A stretch of DNA of 64,000 nt. It comes from an uncultured Gammaproteobacteria bacterium (lineage in GTDB: Bacteria > Patescibacteriota > Microgenomatia > PFEM01 > JAPLYW01). The stretch is from contig OZ246397.1 of NCBI GenBank assembly GCA_965230945.1, positions 88,029-152,028 of the forward strand, written 5' to 3'. The translations under genes and the position numbers were made by a program. The notes below the pieces were generated by a model that saw only the letters and a list, made by a program, of their open reading frames with translations, had not been told where the DNA came from and searched no databases. Shown here piece after piece: positions 27,588 to 37,746 of the stretch; position 1 is the stretch's first letter; each line of letters starts with the position of its first letter.

Positions 27588-28898
27588 TTATTTAGATTTT
27601 AAAGCCTGCATAACGGCTTTATGGTCACTCCAAGGATATTCAATCTTACCAAAACACATTGATTTTTCGTGTCCCTTACCACAAATAACAATAATATCGC
27701 CTTTTTGAGCTAGCTTTTTAATAGCAAATTCAATGGCCTCTTTTCTATCAGGGACCCTAAAAAAACAAGGAGTTTTACCTTTTAAAGCAAAACTCTCTTT
27801 TTTTAATTCTTTAGCTCCGTTCTTAAAACAACCCTGGGCTATCTTTTCAATAATTTGATTAAGATCTTCTGTACGGGGATCTTCAGCCGTAATGACCGCT
27901 ATATCTGCATATTCAGCGGCCATCTCTCCCATTAACGAACGTTTTTGTTTATCTCTTAAACCAGCTGAACCAAAAACAGCAATTAAATTTGAACCTGGAG
28001 CTTTCTCTTCCTTGAGAAAACTCAAAACATTCTTTAAAGAATTAGGTGTATGAGCAAAGTCGATAATTACCTTAAAATCCTGGCCTTTCCCTACTTCCTC
28101 CAGGCGGCCTCTAACATTCTTGAAGGTGGAGATTGTCTTTCTTATCTTTGTATTAGGGATACCTAAAGCAGAAGCTGCCGCAATGGCCGCCAGGCAATTA
28201 TATTGATTATATTGGCCAGGTAAGGTAGTTTTAAATTTGAAGTTTTGAGGAGTAAAATCTGCTTTCTGTTTCAGACTATAAGTAAAGCATTTCTTTTTTA
28301 GACAAAACTGCCGTAAATAAGAATAAGACTCATCATCACAGTTTAAGATGGCTATTTTAGCTGTCTTAAAAAGACGCGCTTTGGCCTGAAGATACTTTTG
28401 GTAAGTCTTATGATAATCAAGATGTTCATGAGTAACATTAGTAATCACTCCCACCTTAAAATTACAACCAAAAAGGCGATTTTGGGCTAAACCATGAGAA
28501 GTAACTTCAATAACGATATAATTAAATTTTTTATTGACAATCTCCCGTAAGAGCCTTTGCAGTCCCCATGGGTGAGGAGAGGTAACATGAAAGCCTGTCT
28601 CTATTACTTTTTGGCCAACTTTGGCAGAAATGCTGGAAATTAAGGCCGCTTTTTTACCAGCCTTTATGAGAATTCCATAAATCAACTCGGCGGTAGTTGT
28701 CTTTCCATCAGTCCCAGTGACACCAATAACAGTTAATCTTCTTGCCGGATACCTATAAAAAATAGTCGCTAAAATCGCTAAACTAAGATGCTCAAGAATA
28801 TTAACCATTGGGTCAGGGAAGAACGAGCGTATCTTCTCGCCGGCAGAGCTTTGGCGGAATTTAGTCCATAATCTACTTATCATTTTTAAGTTAGACAA
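27588..28898 (-). CDS. murE: UDP-MurNAc-dipeptide--diamino acid ligase (short form)
   Basis: GVTGTDGKTTT, EVTSH, EHLDYH, DFAHTP, EDPR and GKGHE. Confidence 0.93.
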   Translation of the reverse strand: MSNLKMISRLWTKFRQSSAGEKIRSFFPDPMVNILEHLSLAILATIFYRYPARRLTVIGVTGTDGKTTTAELIYGILIKAGKKAALISSISAKVGQKVIETGFHVTSPHPWGLQRLLREIVNKKFNYIVIEVTSHGLAQNRLFGCNFKVGVITNVTHEHLDYHKTYQKYLQAKARLFKTAKIAILNCDDESYSYLRQFCLKKKCFTYSLKQKADFTPQNFKFKTTLPGQYNQYNCLAAIAAASALGIPNTKIRKTISTFKNVRGRLEEVGKGQDFKVIIDFAHTPNSLKNVLSFLKEEKAPGSNLIAVFGSAGLRDKQKRSLMGEMAAEYADIAVITAEDPRTEDLNQIIEKIAQGCFKNGAKELKKESFALKGKTPCFFRVPDRKEAIEFAIKKLAQKGDIIVICGKGHEKSMCFGKIEYPWSDHKAVMQALKSK

Positions 28899-28916
28899 TA
28901 GGCATTATAACCTCTA

Positions 28917-30614
28917 TTAAGGCTGAATTCCATAATAGGTGAATAATTCCTTAGATATTTCGAACCATAAGGGAGCTGCTGTTTCCGCACCCCAAGGGGA
29001 AGAAGTCGGTTCTCTTAAGGTAACCAACATAATAAACTTTGGTTCATCTGCGGGGGCAAAACCCACAAAAGAAGCAATCGTTTTTTCTTCATCATAATGC
29101 CCAGCCACTGGAATCTGAGCTGTTCCGGTTTTACCAGCAATACGATATCCTAAAGGCTTAGCCCATTTAGCTTCTCCTTTATCAACAGCATTGACCATCA
29201 TCTCTGTCAAAACCAAGGCTGTAGCTGGCTTAAGTACCTCTTTACCTAAACTGGGAGTAATTTCAACCTCCTCATTTTCACTTAAGACCTTGGCAACCAA
29301 ATAGGGCTTAACCAACCGACCTTTATTGGCAATAGTATTAACAGCTCTGATCATTTGCATTGGAGTAAGGGCTATTCCCTGGCCAAAAGAGGCAGTGGCT
29401 AAATCAATCAAGCCCCACTCCTTCTTTGGTCTTAATTCAGGTGTTGTTTCATCTTCAAGATCAATACCTGTCTGCTGTCCTAAACTGTAATCGCTTAAAT
29501 AAGCAACCATTTTTTCAATACCTAATTTTTCGGCGGTAAAAATCATGCCGACATTATCAGAGTGCTGAATAACCTCGACCATGGTAGAGTTAGGAAAATA
29601 CTCGTCATTCCAGGTCTTAATGGTGTAATCAGCAATCATCCGAGGACCACTACATTTAGTACAAGATGTTTGAGGTTCCACTACGCCTTCGTTAATGGCG
29701 GCCGCCATTACTAACACCTTAAATGCTGACCCAGGCTCGTAAGATGAGACCACTACTGGATTAGGAAAAAATTTCTTGTCAAAAGCAAAAAATCTACCGG
29801 GATCATAAGTAGGTAGAGAAACCATACCTAAAATAGCCCCTGTCTGAGGCTCCATAATCACCACCGAACCACTAATGGCTCCATACCTTTCAAGTCCTTG
29901 TTTAAGTTTTTCTGAAATAATAAACTGAACTGTTCTGTCAATAGTCGTCACCAAGGTTCTGCCATCTTTTTGTTCTTCTTTTTTGACCCCAGCCACCAAA
30001 ATAGGTTTGCCGGAAACATCCTTTTCTCTTCTTAAAAGACCTGATCTCCCCTTAAGTTCAAGATCATAATAACCCTCTAGGCCAAAATAGCCTTTATCTT
30101 TGCCATTGATATCAGAGCCGACAAAACCAAGCAAGTGAGCGCTGGCCGAACCTTCAGGATAAGTTCTTTCCTGTTCTTCTTCAAAACCAAGACCAGTAAT
30201 TTTTAAAGTTTCTATTTCTTCCTTTTCCTGACGAGAAATCTTATGTTTTAATGGCACCCAAACCAAATCTTCACGAATTAACCTTTCTTTTATCAATCCT
30301 GCTAAAGTAGCTGGACTATCAGGTTCAAGAATTAAAGAGAGATTGTTGGCAATTTCATCGACATCACCTTCGATTTGAGGTAAAGAAGCAAAAAGTAAAA
30401 AAGCCTCCTTATTAGAAGCCAAAGGGGAACCATCACTAGCCAGGATTTCCCCTCTTTTAGCAGGTACCTCAAAAGAAATCCAGTGTTGACTGGCTGCCAT
30501 AGCCGACAAATCTTCAGAAGAAAGAATCTGCCAATAAAACAATCGGCCGACTATCAAAAAGGCCAGCAAAACAAAAAAAGCTAAAAGAAAATTAATTCGC
30601 CAATTGGTAAACAT
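28917..30614 (-). CDS. ftsI: Class B penicillin-binding protein (FtsI/PBP3)
   Basis: RGEI, GLEGYYD, EPGSAFK (SxxK), SDN and KTG; follows ftsL. Confidence 0.9.
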   Translation of the reverse strand: MFTNWRINFLLAFFVLLAFLIVGRLFYWQILSSEDLSAMAASQHWISFEVPAKRGEILASDGSPLASNKEAFLLFASLPQIEGDVDEIANNLSLILEPDSPATLAGLIKERLIREDLVWVPLKHKISRQEKEEIETLKITGLGFEEEQERTYPEGSASAHLLGFVGSDINGKDKGYFGLEGYYDLELKGRSGLLRREKDVSGKPILVAGVKKEEQKDGRTLVTTIDRTVQFIISEKLKQGLERYGAISGSVVIMEPQTGAILGMVSLPTYDPGRFFAFDKKFFPNPVVVSSYEPGSAFKVLVMAAAINEGVVEPQTSCTKCSGPRMIADYTIKTWNDEYFPNSTMVEVIQHSDNVGMIFTAEKLGIEKMVAYLSDYSLGQQTGIDLEDETTPELRPKKEWGLIDLATASFGQGIALTPMQMIRAVNTIANKGRLVKPYLVAKVLSENEEVEITPSLGKEVLKPATALVLTEMMVNAVDKGEAKWAKPLGYRIAGKTGTAQIPVAGHYDEEKTIASFVGFAPADEPKFIMLVTLREPTSSPWGAETAAPLWFEISKELFTYYGIQP

Positions 30615-30929
30615 TTACCTTTTAAAATCTGCTTTTACGGTTTCCAAAGCTACTGGGATTTGAGGAGTCAGATGCAAAACACTTTTTGCCTTCACCAAGC
30701 CTAACTCTTGAGCTGTCTTAGAAATCAAAGACAAAGAGCCCATTTGATTTATCTCTTCAGATAATCTTTTATTATCCTTTTCAATACGGCTTATCTTTTC
30801 TTCCAATTGACGCATCCTTCCTCCAGCCGTCGCCAAGCGGTGAGAAATCACCAGTTGAGCCGCAGAAAGCCCTATGATAATAAAAATAATTAAAACGATC
30901 AATTTTGGTTTTTTAATTTCTTTTTTCAT
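30615..30929 (-). CDS. ftsL: FtsL-like cell division protein
   Basis: TM segment, coiled coil and AQELGL; lies between rsmH and ftsI. Confidence 0.75.
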   Translation of the reverse strand: MKKEIKKPKLIVLIIFIIIGLSAAQLVISHRLATAGGRMRQLEEKISRIEKDNKRLSEEINQMGSLSLISKTAQELGLVKAKSVLHLTPQIPVALETVKADFKR

Positions 30930-30939
30930 TTTTGGTTTT

Positions 30940-31851
30940 TTAATTTCTTTTTTCAGCTGCCCTTAACTTAGCACTTCTACTTCTTCTGTTTTTCTCAACC
31001 TCCTCATTGGTTGGTCTTATCGGCTTTTTAGTTAAAAGCAAAAGTTTTTTTTGCCTATTTTTTTCTTTTAAAAACTGTTTAACCTCTCTATCTTCCAGCG
31101 AGTGAAAGCTAATGACTACCAATCTGCCGCCTGGTTTAAGAATTTCTAATGCCTGTGGCAGGGCCTGACGCAGGTTAAAAATCTCATCATTAACGGCCAT
31201 CCTTAAAGCCTGGAAAACCTTGGTGGCCGGATGGATCTTACCACCTGGCTTTACCTTACTTATAATCTCAGCTAACTGATAACCTGTCTTAATCGGTTCT
31301 TCACGACGCGCCTCAATAATAATTCTTGCCAGGGTCCTGTAATTCCTTTCCTGGCCAAACTTCAAAAAAAGTTTCTCTAACTCTTTTTTAGTCAAACCAT
31401 TAACCAAATCAGCGGCGCTTACTTTTAAATTAGGATCCATCCGCATATCTAAAGGTGCTTTTGATTGAAAAGAAAAACCTCTCTCTAATGCTTCTAGTTG
31501 ATGGCTGGAAACACCTAAGTCAAGCAAAACCCCATCAACTTTCTGAAAACCATATTCCTCAGCAATTTTTTTTAAATCTTTAAAATTCCCCTTAGCTAAG
31601 CGCCAGAAAGAATTTAATCCCAGTTTAACCTTGCGGTCATCTGGAACAGGGCAGGCAGTAGATAAATACTCCCTGGCGCTTTTAATTGCCTCAGGGTCAC
31701 AATCAATACCTAGAATTTTTCCACCTAAAGATAAAATTGAAAGGGCATGACCTCCGCCACCTACGGTGGCATCAAGGTATTTCCCTCCTTTTTTAACGTT
31801 CAAATAATTAATAGTTTCTTTTAAAAGAACTGGCGTATGAAATCGGTTCAT
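30940..31851 (-). CDS. rsmH: 16S rRNA m4C1402 methyltransferase
   Basis: HTPVLL, DATVGGGGH, DLGVSS, LDMRMD, FQALR and SFHSLED. Confidence 0.97.
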   Translation of the reverse strand: MNRFHTPVLLKETINYLNVKKGGKYLDATVGGGGHALSILSLGGKILGIDCDPEAIKSAREYLSTACPVPDDRKVKLGLNSFWRLAKGNFKDLKKIAEEYGFQKVDGVLLDLGVSSHQLEALERGFSFQSKAPLDMRMDPNLKVSAADLVNGLTKKELEKLFLKFGQERNYRTLARIIIEARREEPIKTGYQLAEIISKVKPGGKIHPATKVFQALRMAVNDEIFNLRQALPQALEILKPGGRLVVISFHSLEDREVKQFLKEKNRQKKLLLLTKKPIRPTNEEVEKNRRSRSAKLRAAEKRN

Positions 31852-32288
31852 ACCTTTTTTTCACCCGCTTTATCTAACTGTTCAGCGATTTTTTCAGCAT
31901 TTTGATCAAGATATTTCTGATGTTTCTGCCAATTCTCTTTACTCCAAATTTCTAAACGATTTAAAAGACCAACAAAAACAATCTCTTCATTAAGTTCGGC
32001 ATACTTTGCTAAGGTTTGCGGAATAACAAAACGCCCTTGATTATCAAGCTCTATCTCAAAGGCGCTTCCTAATAAAAATCTGTCTGTTTCTCGTACAGGA
32101 GAGCTGATAAAAGACCTTTCCTTAATCTGAGCTAACAAACCCAACCACTGTTTTTCCGAAACAATCACTAAACAATTCTCATACCATTGGGCAACAACAA
32201 CCTTTTTACCTAATTGCTGACGATACTTAGCAGGAACAGCCGTTCTATTTTTAAGACTAAGTTTAGTTTGATAGCGTCCAACTAACAT
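31848..32288 (-). CDS. mraZ: Division/cell wall cluster transcriptional repressor MraZ
   Basis: Two AbrB-like repeats, LDNQGR and RLEIW; first gene of the dcw cluster. Confidence 0.93.
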   Translation of the reverse strand: MLVGRYQTKLSLKNRTAVPAKYRQQLGKKVVVAQWYENCLVIVSEKQWLGLLAQIKERSFISSPVRETDRFLLGSAFEIELDNQGRFVIPQTLAKYAELNEEIVFVGLLNRLEIWSKENWQKHQKYLDQNAEKIAEQLDKAGEKKV

Positions 32289-32314
32289 ACCTACCCTTTC
32301 TTGGCTAGTGGCTT

Positions 32315-32368
32315 ACACCACTTTACACCACTTTTTTCCATTTTGTCCTACTTTTATACCCCTGTCAA
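32315..32368 (-). promoter_or_regulatory. dcw promoter (TTGACA-17-CAAAAT) overlapped by MraZ-binding repeats
   Basis: Minus strand AAAGTAGGAC AAAATGGAAA AAAGTGGTGT AAAGTGGTGT with a 10-bp period; -35 at 32363-32368, -10 at 32340-32345. Confidence 0.8.
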
Positions 32369-32434
32369 CCCAAAAAATACCCAAAACCAAAAAAAAGGCT
32401 AAAAAGAAAAAAATTTATTTAAAAGTGGAACTAA

Positions 32435-33217
32435 TTAAGGAGTCGTGATAATAAAAGTACCTAAATTAGCAATCGAAGCAGAGACTTCCTTGCCATCAAC
32501 AATATTATCTTCTTCAGACCAGCCTTTAGTGCCCCATGAATAAAGCTTAACCTCATCCTTTTCTTCCTCTAGATTAAAAGCCACTTCAGCGCTACTAATG
32601 GTTGTTCTTCCTGAGGTAAAAATCCCATAAGGACCGACAATAATATCCTTCTCTATTGCTTTTGGCAAACCGACTGTAAGCATGGTGATATAAAAAGCTG
32701 ACTTATTAATCTTGCCCGTCAGGCTAAAATTACCATCTAAAGAAGTTAGTTTATCATCTCCTTGCTGGAGGTGAAAATCGGTGACAAATTTTCTTGTGCC
32801 CTCAGAGCTTCGAAAACGGAGAGTTAAAGTCCCCTCTTCAATACCTTCATCATATTTACAAACATCCTTTGAACAAGTTCCTAATAATAGCTTCCTTGAG
32901 ATTTCAGATTCCCCGTCAAGATCAATAGAGCCGATGACTCCTCGAGATAAGCCTTGGCTTAAATAGATCAGTTCATACTCAATTATTTGAGCGTTATCTA
33001 TTCGAGAAATATCCAATGTAAACTCCTTACCGTCAGTTCTGGGTGTTAAAGTCACGTAGGGTCGTTGCTCTAAGGAAGTTTCTATTAAACTACCCCTCTC
33101 TTCTTCTATCTCTGGAATAACACCAGGAGTAGTTCTCCCTTTTAATAAAAATGCCGTTATAATTCCTAAAATTAAAACAGCGCTAACAACAGTGATAATT
33201 AAAATGTTCTTTTTCAT
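32435..33217 (-). CDS. Hypothetical membrane-anchored protein
   Basis: N-terminal TM segment; LLGTCS..VCKYD Cys pair; start overlaps the glyQS stop. Confidence 0.8.
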   Translation of the reverse strand: MKKNILIITVVSAVLILGIITAFLLKGRTTPGVIPEIEEERGSLIETSLEQRPYVTLTPRTDGKEFTLDISRIDNAQIIEYELIYLSQGLSRGVIGSIDLDGESEISRKLLLGTCSKDVCKYDEGIEEGTLTLRFRSSEGTRKFVTDFHLQQGDDKLTSLDGNFSLTGKINKSAFYITMLTVGLPKAIEKDIIVGPYGIFTSGRTTISSAEVAFNLEEEKDEVKLYSWGTKGWSEEDNIVDGKEVSASIANLGTFIITTP

Positions 33218-34590
33218 TTACTTAATCTAGTTTGGAAAAAATCTTTTAGTTTGTCAATAGATACTCTCTCCTGCTTCATACTATCTCTATCTCTTACGGT
33301 AACCGTTTTATCTTCCAGTGTCTGGAAGTCCGCAGTTATTGCCCATGGGGTTCCAATCTCATCTTGGCGGCGATATCTCTTGCCAATATTACCGATATCA
33401 TCCCAACTGACGGCAAAGCATGTCCTTAAGTCTTGGTAAATTTCTTGAGCTTTTTTCACCAACTTATCTTTATTAGCCAAAAGAGGAAAAACGGCTATTG
33501 CATAAGGAGCCACTCTGGGATCAAGCGATAAAACAACTCTTGTTCCCTGTTTGTCTTTCTCTTCTCGATAAGCATCAAGGAGCAAAAACAAAAAGGTTCG
33601 ATCTACCCCTCCGGAAGTTTCTACTATCCAAGGAATAAATTTTTCTTTACTAAGAGGATCTCTGTAAGTAAAGTCTTTTTTGGCATATTTGCCGTGTCGG
33701 GATAAGTCCCAGTCTCCTCGCCAGTGAATTCCCTCCCATTCTTTCCAGCCAAAAGGTGTTTTGTATTCAATATCGTAGGCCACCTTAGCATAATGAGCTA
33801 ATTCATCCTTTGTATGCTTCCTTAATCTTAAATTGTCCTTTTTATTAACCAAACTTTGGTACCACTTCATTCTTTCCTCCCGCCAATACTCATACCATTT
33901 TTCCATTTCTTTGGGATTAACAAACCACTGCAAATCCCATTGTTCAAATTCTCTTTGACGAAAAAGGAATTGCCTAGGAGTAATTTCATTTCTAAAGGCT
34001 TTACCAATTTGAACAATGCCAAAAGGAATTTTCAAATGCAGCGAATCTAAAACATTTTCATAATTAAGATAAATATTTTGGCAGGCTTCTCCTCGCAGGT
34101 AAGACTTCGTCTTTTCTCCTTCGACAACCCCTAGATCAACCCCCATCAAGAGATTAAATCTCCTTGGCTTAGTCAGTTCTCCACCGCATTCAGGGCAGTT
34201 TTTACCTTTCAAAGCTTTTGTTAAAGAAGCAATTAAATCTTCATCCGCAGCTCCTGACTCTTCAATAATAGTTTCTTTAAGCAAATGATCGGCTCGAAAT
34301 CTCTTTTTACATTTTTTACAGTCAACCAAAGGATCGGTAAAATTTTTAACATGACCGGAGGCTTCCCAAGTTCGAGGGTGAGTAATAATGGCCCCATCAA
34401 TGCCAACAATATTCTCATGATTATTAGTCATTTCCTGCCACCACAACTTCTTAATGTTGTTTTTCATCTCCACCCCTAAAGGACCATAGTCATAAAAACC
34501 TTGGATACCGCCGTAAATCTCTGAGTTTCGATAAACAAAACCGCGGCGTTTACAAAGACTGGTAATTTTTTCCATCAATTTATTAGACAT
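33214..34590 (-). CDS. glyQS: Glycine--tRNA ligase, homodimeric alpha2 type
   Basis: SEIYGG, YDYGPLG, GKAFRNEITPR, FRQREFEQ and IGKRYRRQDEIGTP. Confidence 0.96.
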   Translation of the reverse strand: MSNKLMEKITSLCKRRGFVYRNSEIYGGIQGFYDYGPLGVEMKNNIKKLWWQEMTNNHENIVGIDGAIITHPRTWEASGHVKNFTDPLVDCKKCKKRFRADHLLKETIIEESGAADEDLIASLTKALKGKNCPECGGELTKPRRFNLLMGVDLGVVEGEKTKSYLRGEACQNIYLNYENVLDSLHLKIPFGIVQIGKAFRNEITPRQFLFRQREFEQWDLQWFVNPKEMEKWYEYWREERMKWYQSLVNKKDNLRLRKHTKDELAHYAKVAYDIEYKTPFGWKEWEGIHWRGDWDLSRHGKYAKKDFTYRDPLSKEKFIPWIVETSGGVDRTFLFLLLDAYREEKDKQGTRVVLSLDPRVAPYAIAVFPLLANKDKLVKKAQEIYQDLRTCFAVSWDDIGNIGKRYRRQDEIGTPWAITADFQTLEDKTVTVRDRDSMKQERVSIDKLKDFFQTRLSK

Positions 34591-35128
34591 TGATCTTTTT
34601 TAAAATTTCTGAACTATTAATCTTTTTTTCAATAATTGTTTCAATATAAGGCTTCAGACTGCCCGTATTTTTTCTAATTTCTTCAGGTACGCCAAAACCT
34701 AATTCCTGCAAAAGACTCTCTTCAAATGACCTTACCAATTCTGATAATTGACTTTTATCAATTTTAGATAAAGAATTTTTTAAAAGTTCAAAGACGGCTT
34801 GGTTAGGCTGTTCATCAGGTGTCAGCTTATCTATCAGCTCGCAAAAATAATAAGCAACTCCCACTCGAACAAGGTTTTTTCGCCAGGATTTAAATAAGTT
34901 AACCAGCTGAGCTTCAGAAACAATATCTAAGTTCTTTCCTTTAACTAAAAACAAAATCGTATCATTAAAAACTTCTAAGCTGCCGGCTTTCCTGCTTGTT
35001 AACTTTCTCACTCCCTTAGCGATGGCCCTGATCTTGCCGTAATGCTTGCTGTAAATTGTTAAAATGCGATCCGCTTCACCGTAGTTTATTCTCTTAAGAA
35101 TAATCCCCTCAGTTTTGTAAGTTCTCAT
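34583..35128 (-). CDS. recO: DNA repair protein RecO (short form)
   Basis: TEGIILKR, YGEADRIL and GKIRAIAKGVRK. Confidence 0.92.
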   Translation of the reverse strand: MRTYKTEGIILKRINYGEADRILTIYSKHYGKIRAIAKGVRKLTSRKAGSLEVFNDTILFLVKGKNLDIVSEAQLVNLFKSWRKNLVRVGVAYYFCELIDKLTPDEQPNQAVFELLKNSLSKIDKSQLSELVRSFEESLLQELGFGVPEEIRKNTGSLKPYIETIIEKKINSSEILKKINV

Positions 35129-37098
35129 TAAAATTTAAATTCTTTATCCGTCTTCAGTTCAAATTCCTCTGTTTTTTTACCAAATTTAATCGTGTTCTCA
35201 TAACCATAGGTACCTGGCTGTTTCTGAATAAGAAGTTTATAAGGCTGACCTTCCTCTATTTTAAAAGGTAATTTATATTTAAAGGTTAACTGGGCTCTTC
35301 CTAGGGGCCTTAATGGCGATTTATCACCAAAGAAAGCCTCAAAAACGGTCTTGTCTAGGTCTTCATAAGTTTTAACTTCAATTTCTGAACCACTAGCCTC
35401 TATAAGTTCACTGCCCTTGGGTACATAAACTCTCACCCAGTCACGATAAAGGCCGTTTAAACAAAGCTCCCCCGCCTCCAGGTTGCAATTAGAGGCTTCA
35501 GCTGGGTTCTTGTAATCAATGGTTAAGGTTTTAATTACTGTTCCGTCTGAAGCGACTTCAATCTCTTGCAAGAAAGATTCTTTAATAAACATATTTGATT
35601 TAGCTCCAGCAAAATTACAATCATTAACATGAAGATAGTCGCCCTCATAATCTTTAATTCGACCGGAAGCATTTAAAACCTCCATTGTTTGCTGGATATC
35701 CTCATCAAAGAAATAAAAGAGAAGGTGTTTTTCAGCAATGTTGGCAAAGGCAATATTCATAAACGAAGGCCATTCTTTGCGGGGCGATCCCATGATATTA
35801 AGCAAGATAGAATGCATTAAGGGCCCGATTATTCCCTTTCTGGCTTCTCTAAGACCGGCAACAGGTCGGCTAATATAGCTTTCTAAAGCATAAAACACCT
35901 GAGGACAGTCACATCTTTTGTCATTTTCCGCTGAGAAATTACCAAAACCAGACACTCCAATGGGGCCTAAAACTTCTAAGATATCCACCAAAAACTGCGT
36001 GTCTAAAGCAATAATACCGTCAATTTTATCTTTACCTTCAACCCTTTCATAATTTTCCAAAAAGGTGTCCATGGAAACCTTAAAGTCAGGTGATAAATTC
36101 ATATCCCTTAAATGCCAATAAAAGACATTTTTATGATAGTTTAAGATTGGTTCTGGGGCCTTAAGACGGTTACCGAAACGGCTATCGAGGGTATAAATAT
36201 CATAAGAACTACTGGTTTCAAATTTACCGTCTTTGACGGATAAAACAGCATAGGCGGTTAAAAAACCACCAGTAGGACGCAACTCGGCATCGTTTTGGAA
36301 AAGCAAAAGATATCTTTTCTCATCAGGAATTCCTAAAATGGGACGTAAATGGCCAATAATCGGCTTAACCTCCCTTAATGTCTGGGCCATACCGTCAATG
36401 GTCGAAACTAACAACACCACTTTCTCCCTTACCTTTTTGCCAAAAAATTCCTCTGGATAACGATGAGGATTAATCTTGTCAATCTCTATTTGGGCTAAAT
36501 CCAGCTTTTCACTAATTTCATCTAAATTGGGCTGAATTTTATCCAGGGTTTCCAAAACCATAATTAGACGTTCCTCTGCTGTCATCGGCCCCCTGTCATC
36601 TTTTTTATCTTCCTCGCCCTCTTCTTCATCAAGGCCAAAAATATCGGCATAATCTTGTAGGGATTCAACAACAATATCGGCAATATCTAAAATTGATCTA
36701 CCTCCATTTATAAGATAAGAACCATCAAGATAATAGCCTCTGGCTAAAGGCACCACCTTAAGCCAAACCATTTTCCGATAATTGGAATTTAACTTTTCAA
36801 ATTCCACTTTGGTAGAATCTATTTTTTCAATAGCTTGATTTAAGTTTTGATCCTGAATTCCTTGATAAATACCTTGAGCTTCACCAGCTAATAGAGAAAC
36901 TTGCTTTCTAATTGATAATAGAGGTAAAACTAAAAAGAATAACAAAAGAATAGACAGGAAAACTAAACTACAAGCTACAATTAACCAAATTTTTAACTTT
37001 TTACTAAGACCTTTTTTACCCTCTTCATCCACTCTTAGCTCAGGATCGCCTAGATTTTTCATATTATCTATTTTATTGAAATTGAACAACTTTTTCAT
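35128..37098 (-). CDS. DUF4012 domain-containing membrane-anchored protein
   Basis: YLLLFQNDAELRPTGGF, RDMNLSPDF and LLIQKQPG. Confidence 0.85.
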   Translation of the reverse strand: MKKLFNFNKIDNMKNLGDPELRVDEEGKKGLSKKLKIWLIVACSLVFLSILLLFFLVLPLLSIRKQVSLLAGEAQGIYQGIQDQNLNQAIEKIDSTKVEFEKLNSNYRKMVWLKVVPLARGYYLDGSYLINGGRSILDIADIVVESLQDYADIFGLDEEEGEEDKKDDRGPMTAEERLIMVLETLDKIQPNLDEISEKLDLAQIEIDKINPHRYPEEFFGKKVREKVVLLVSTIDGMAQTLREVKPIIGHLRPILGIPDEKRYLLLFQNDAELRPTGGFLTAYAVLSVKDGKFETSSSYDIYTLDSRFGNRLKAPEPILNYHKNVFYWHLRDMNLSPDFKVSMDTFLENYERVEGKDKIDGIIALDTQFLVDILEVLGPIGVSGFGNFSAENDKRCDCPQVFYALESYISRPVAGLREARKGIIGPLMHSILLNIMGSPRKEWPSFMNIAFANIAEKHLLFYFFDEDIQQTMEVLNASGRIKDYEGDYLHVNDCNFAGAKSNMFIKESFLQEIEVASDGTVIKTLTIDYKNPAEASNCNLEAGELCLNGLYRDWVRVYVPKGSELIEASGSEIEVKTYEDLDKTVFEAFFGDKSPLRPLGRAQLTFKYKLPFKIEEGQPYKLLIQKQPGTYGYENTIKFGKKTEEFELKTDKEFKF

Positions 37099-37106
37099 TT
37101 TATTAT

Positions 37107-37745
37107 TTATAAGGCTCCTTTACCAGAAATCATGGCCCAGGGGGTTTTAAAAATAATAGCTATATCATTAAGAACTGAACGTGTTTTTACATAATCAGCG
37201 TCCATCTTTACCCTTTTGTCAAAATTAACATCACTTCTGCCGCTTACCTGCCAATAGCCGGTAATCCCCGGCTTAGCCTCCATAATCTGGTTCACATATT
37301 CTCTTGTTTCTGGATATATCTTTTGTTGATGCTCCAGCTCATCCGGATAATAAGCCCGCGGACCAACAATACTCATCTGACCTTTTAAAACATTAATAAC
37401 CTGAGGCAGCTCATCTAAGGAAAAGCGGCGTAAAAATCTACCTACCCTAGTAATTCTGGGGTCAGACCTTAGCTTATAGCTATTCTTTTTATACTTCTCA
37501 TAAATCTTTCTAAATTTAGGATCGGTTTGTAACAATTTATGGGCATTAAAAATCATGGAACGAAACTTATACATTCTAAAAAGTCTTTTATTTTGACCAA
37601 CCCGTTTGGGGGTATCAGCAAAAACAGACCCTTTGGAATCAAGCCTAATTAAAAGAGGGACAAGCAAAAAGATGGGCGAAAAAACAACTAAGAGGATTAA
37701 AGAGATAACAATATCAATGGTACGTTTGGCAAAGTCGTAAAACAT
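37107..37745 (-). CDS. Priming sugar-phosphate transferase (Bac_transf family, short form)
   Basis: KRTIDI, YKFRSM, DPRITRVG, LDELPQ, SIVGPR and KPGITGYWQV. Confidence 0.93.
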   Translation of the reverse strand: MFYDFAKRTIDIVISLILLVVFSPIFLLVPLLIRLDSKGSVFADTPKRVGQNKRLFRMYKFRSMIFNAHKLLQTDPKFRKIYEKYKKNSYKLRSDPRITRVGRFLRRFSLDELPQVINVLKGQMSIVGPRAYYPDELEHQQKIYPETREYVNQIMEAKPGITGYWQVSGRSDVNFDKRVKMDADYVKTRSVLNDIAIIFKTPWAMISGKGAL

Positions 37746-37746
37746 T

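Noticed and set aside
31600-31670. Insertion in RsmH (ACPVPDDRKVKLGLN) as a mobile palindrome or intein
   Set aside because: It is short, has no inverted repeat or intein motifs, and is more likely a variable loop.
32315-32354. CRISPR-like or iteron repeat
   Set aside because: The 10-bp units have no spacers and are explained as the MraZ operator. No CRISPR array was seen anywhere in the window.
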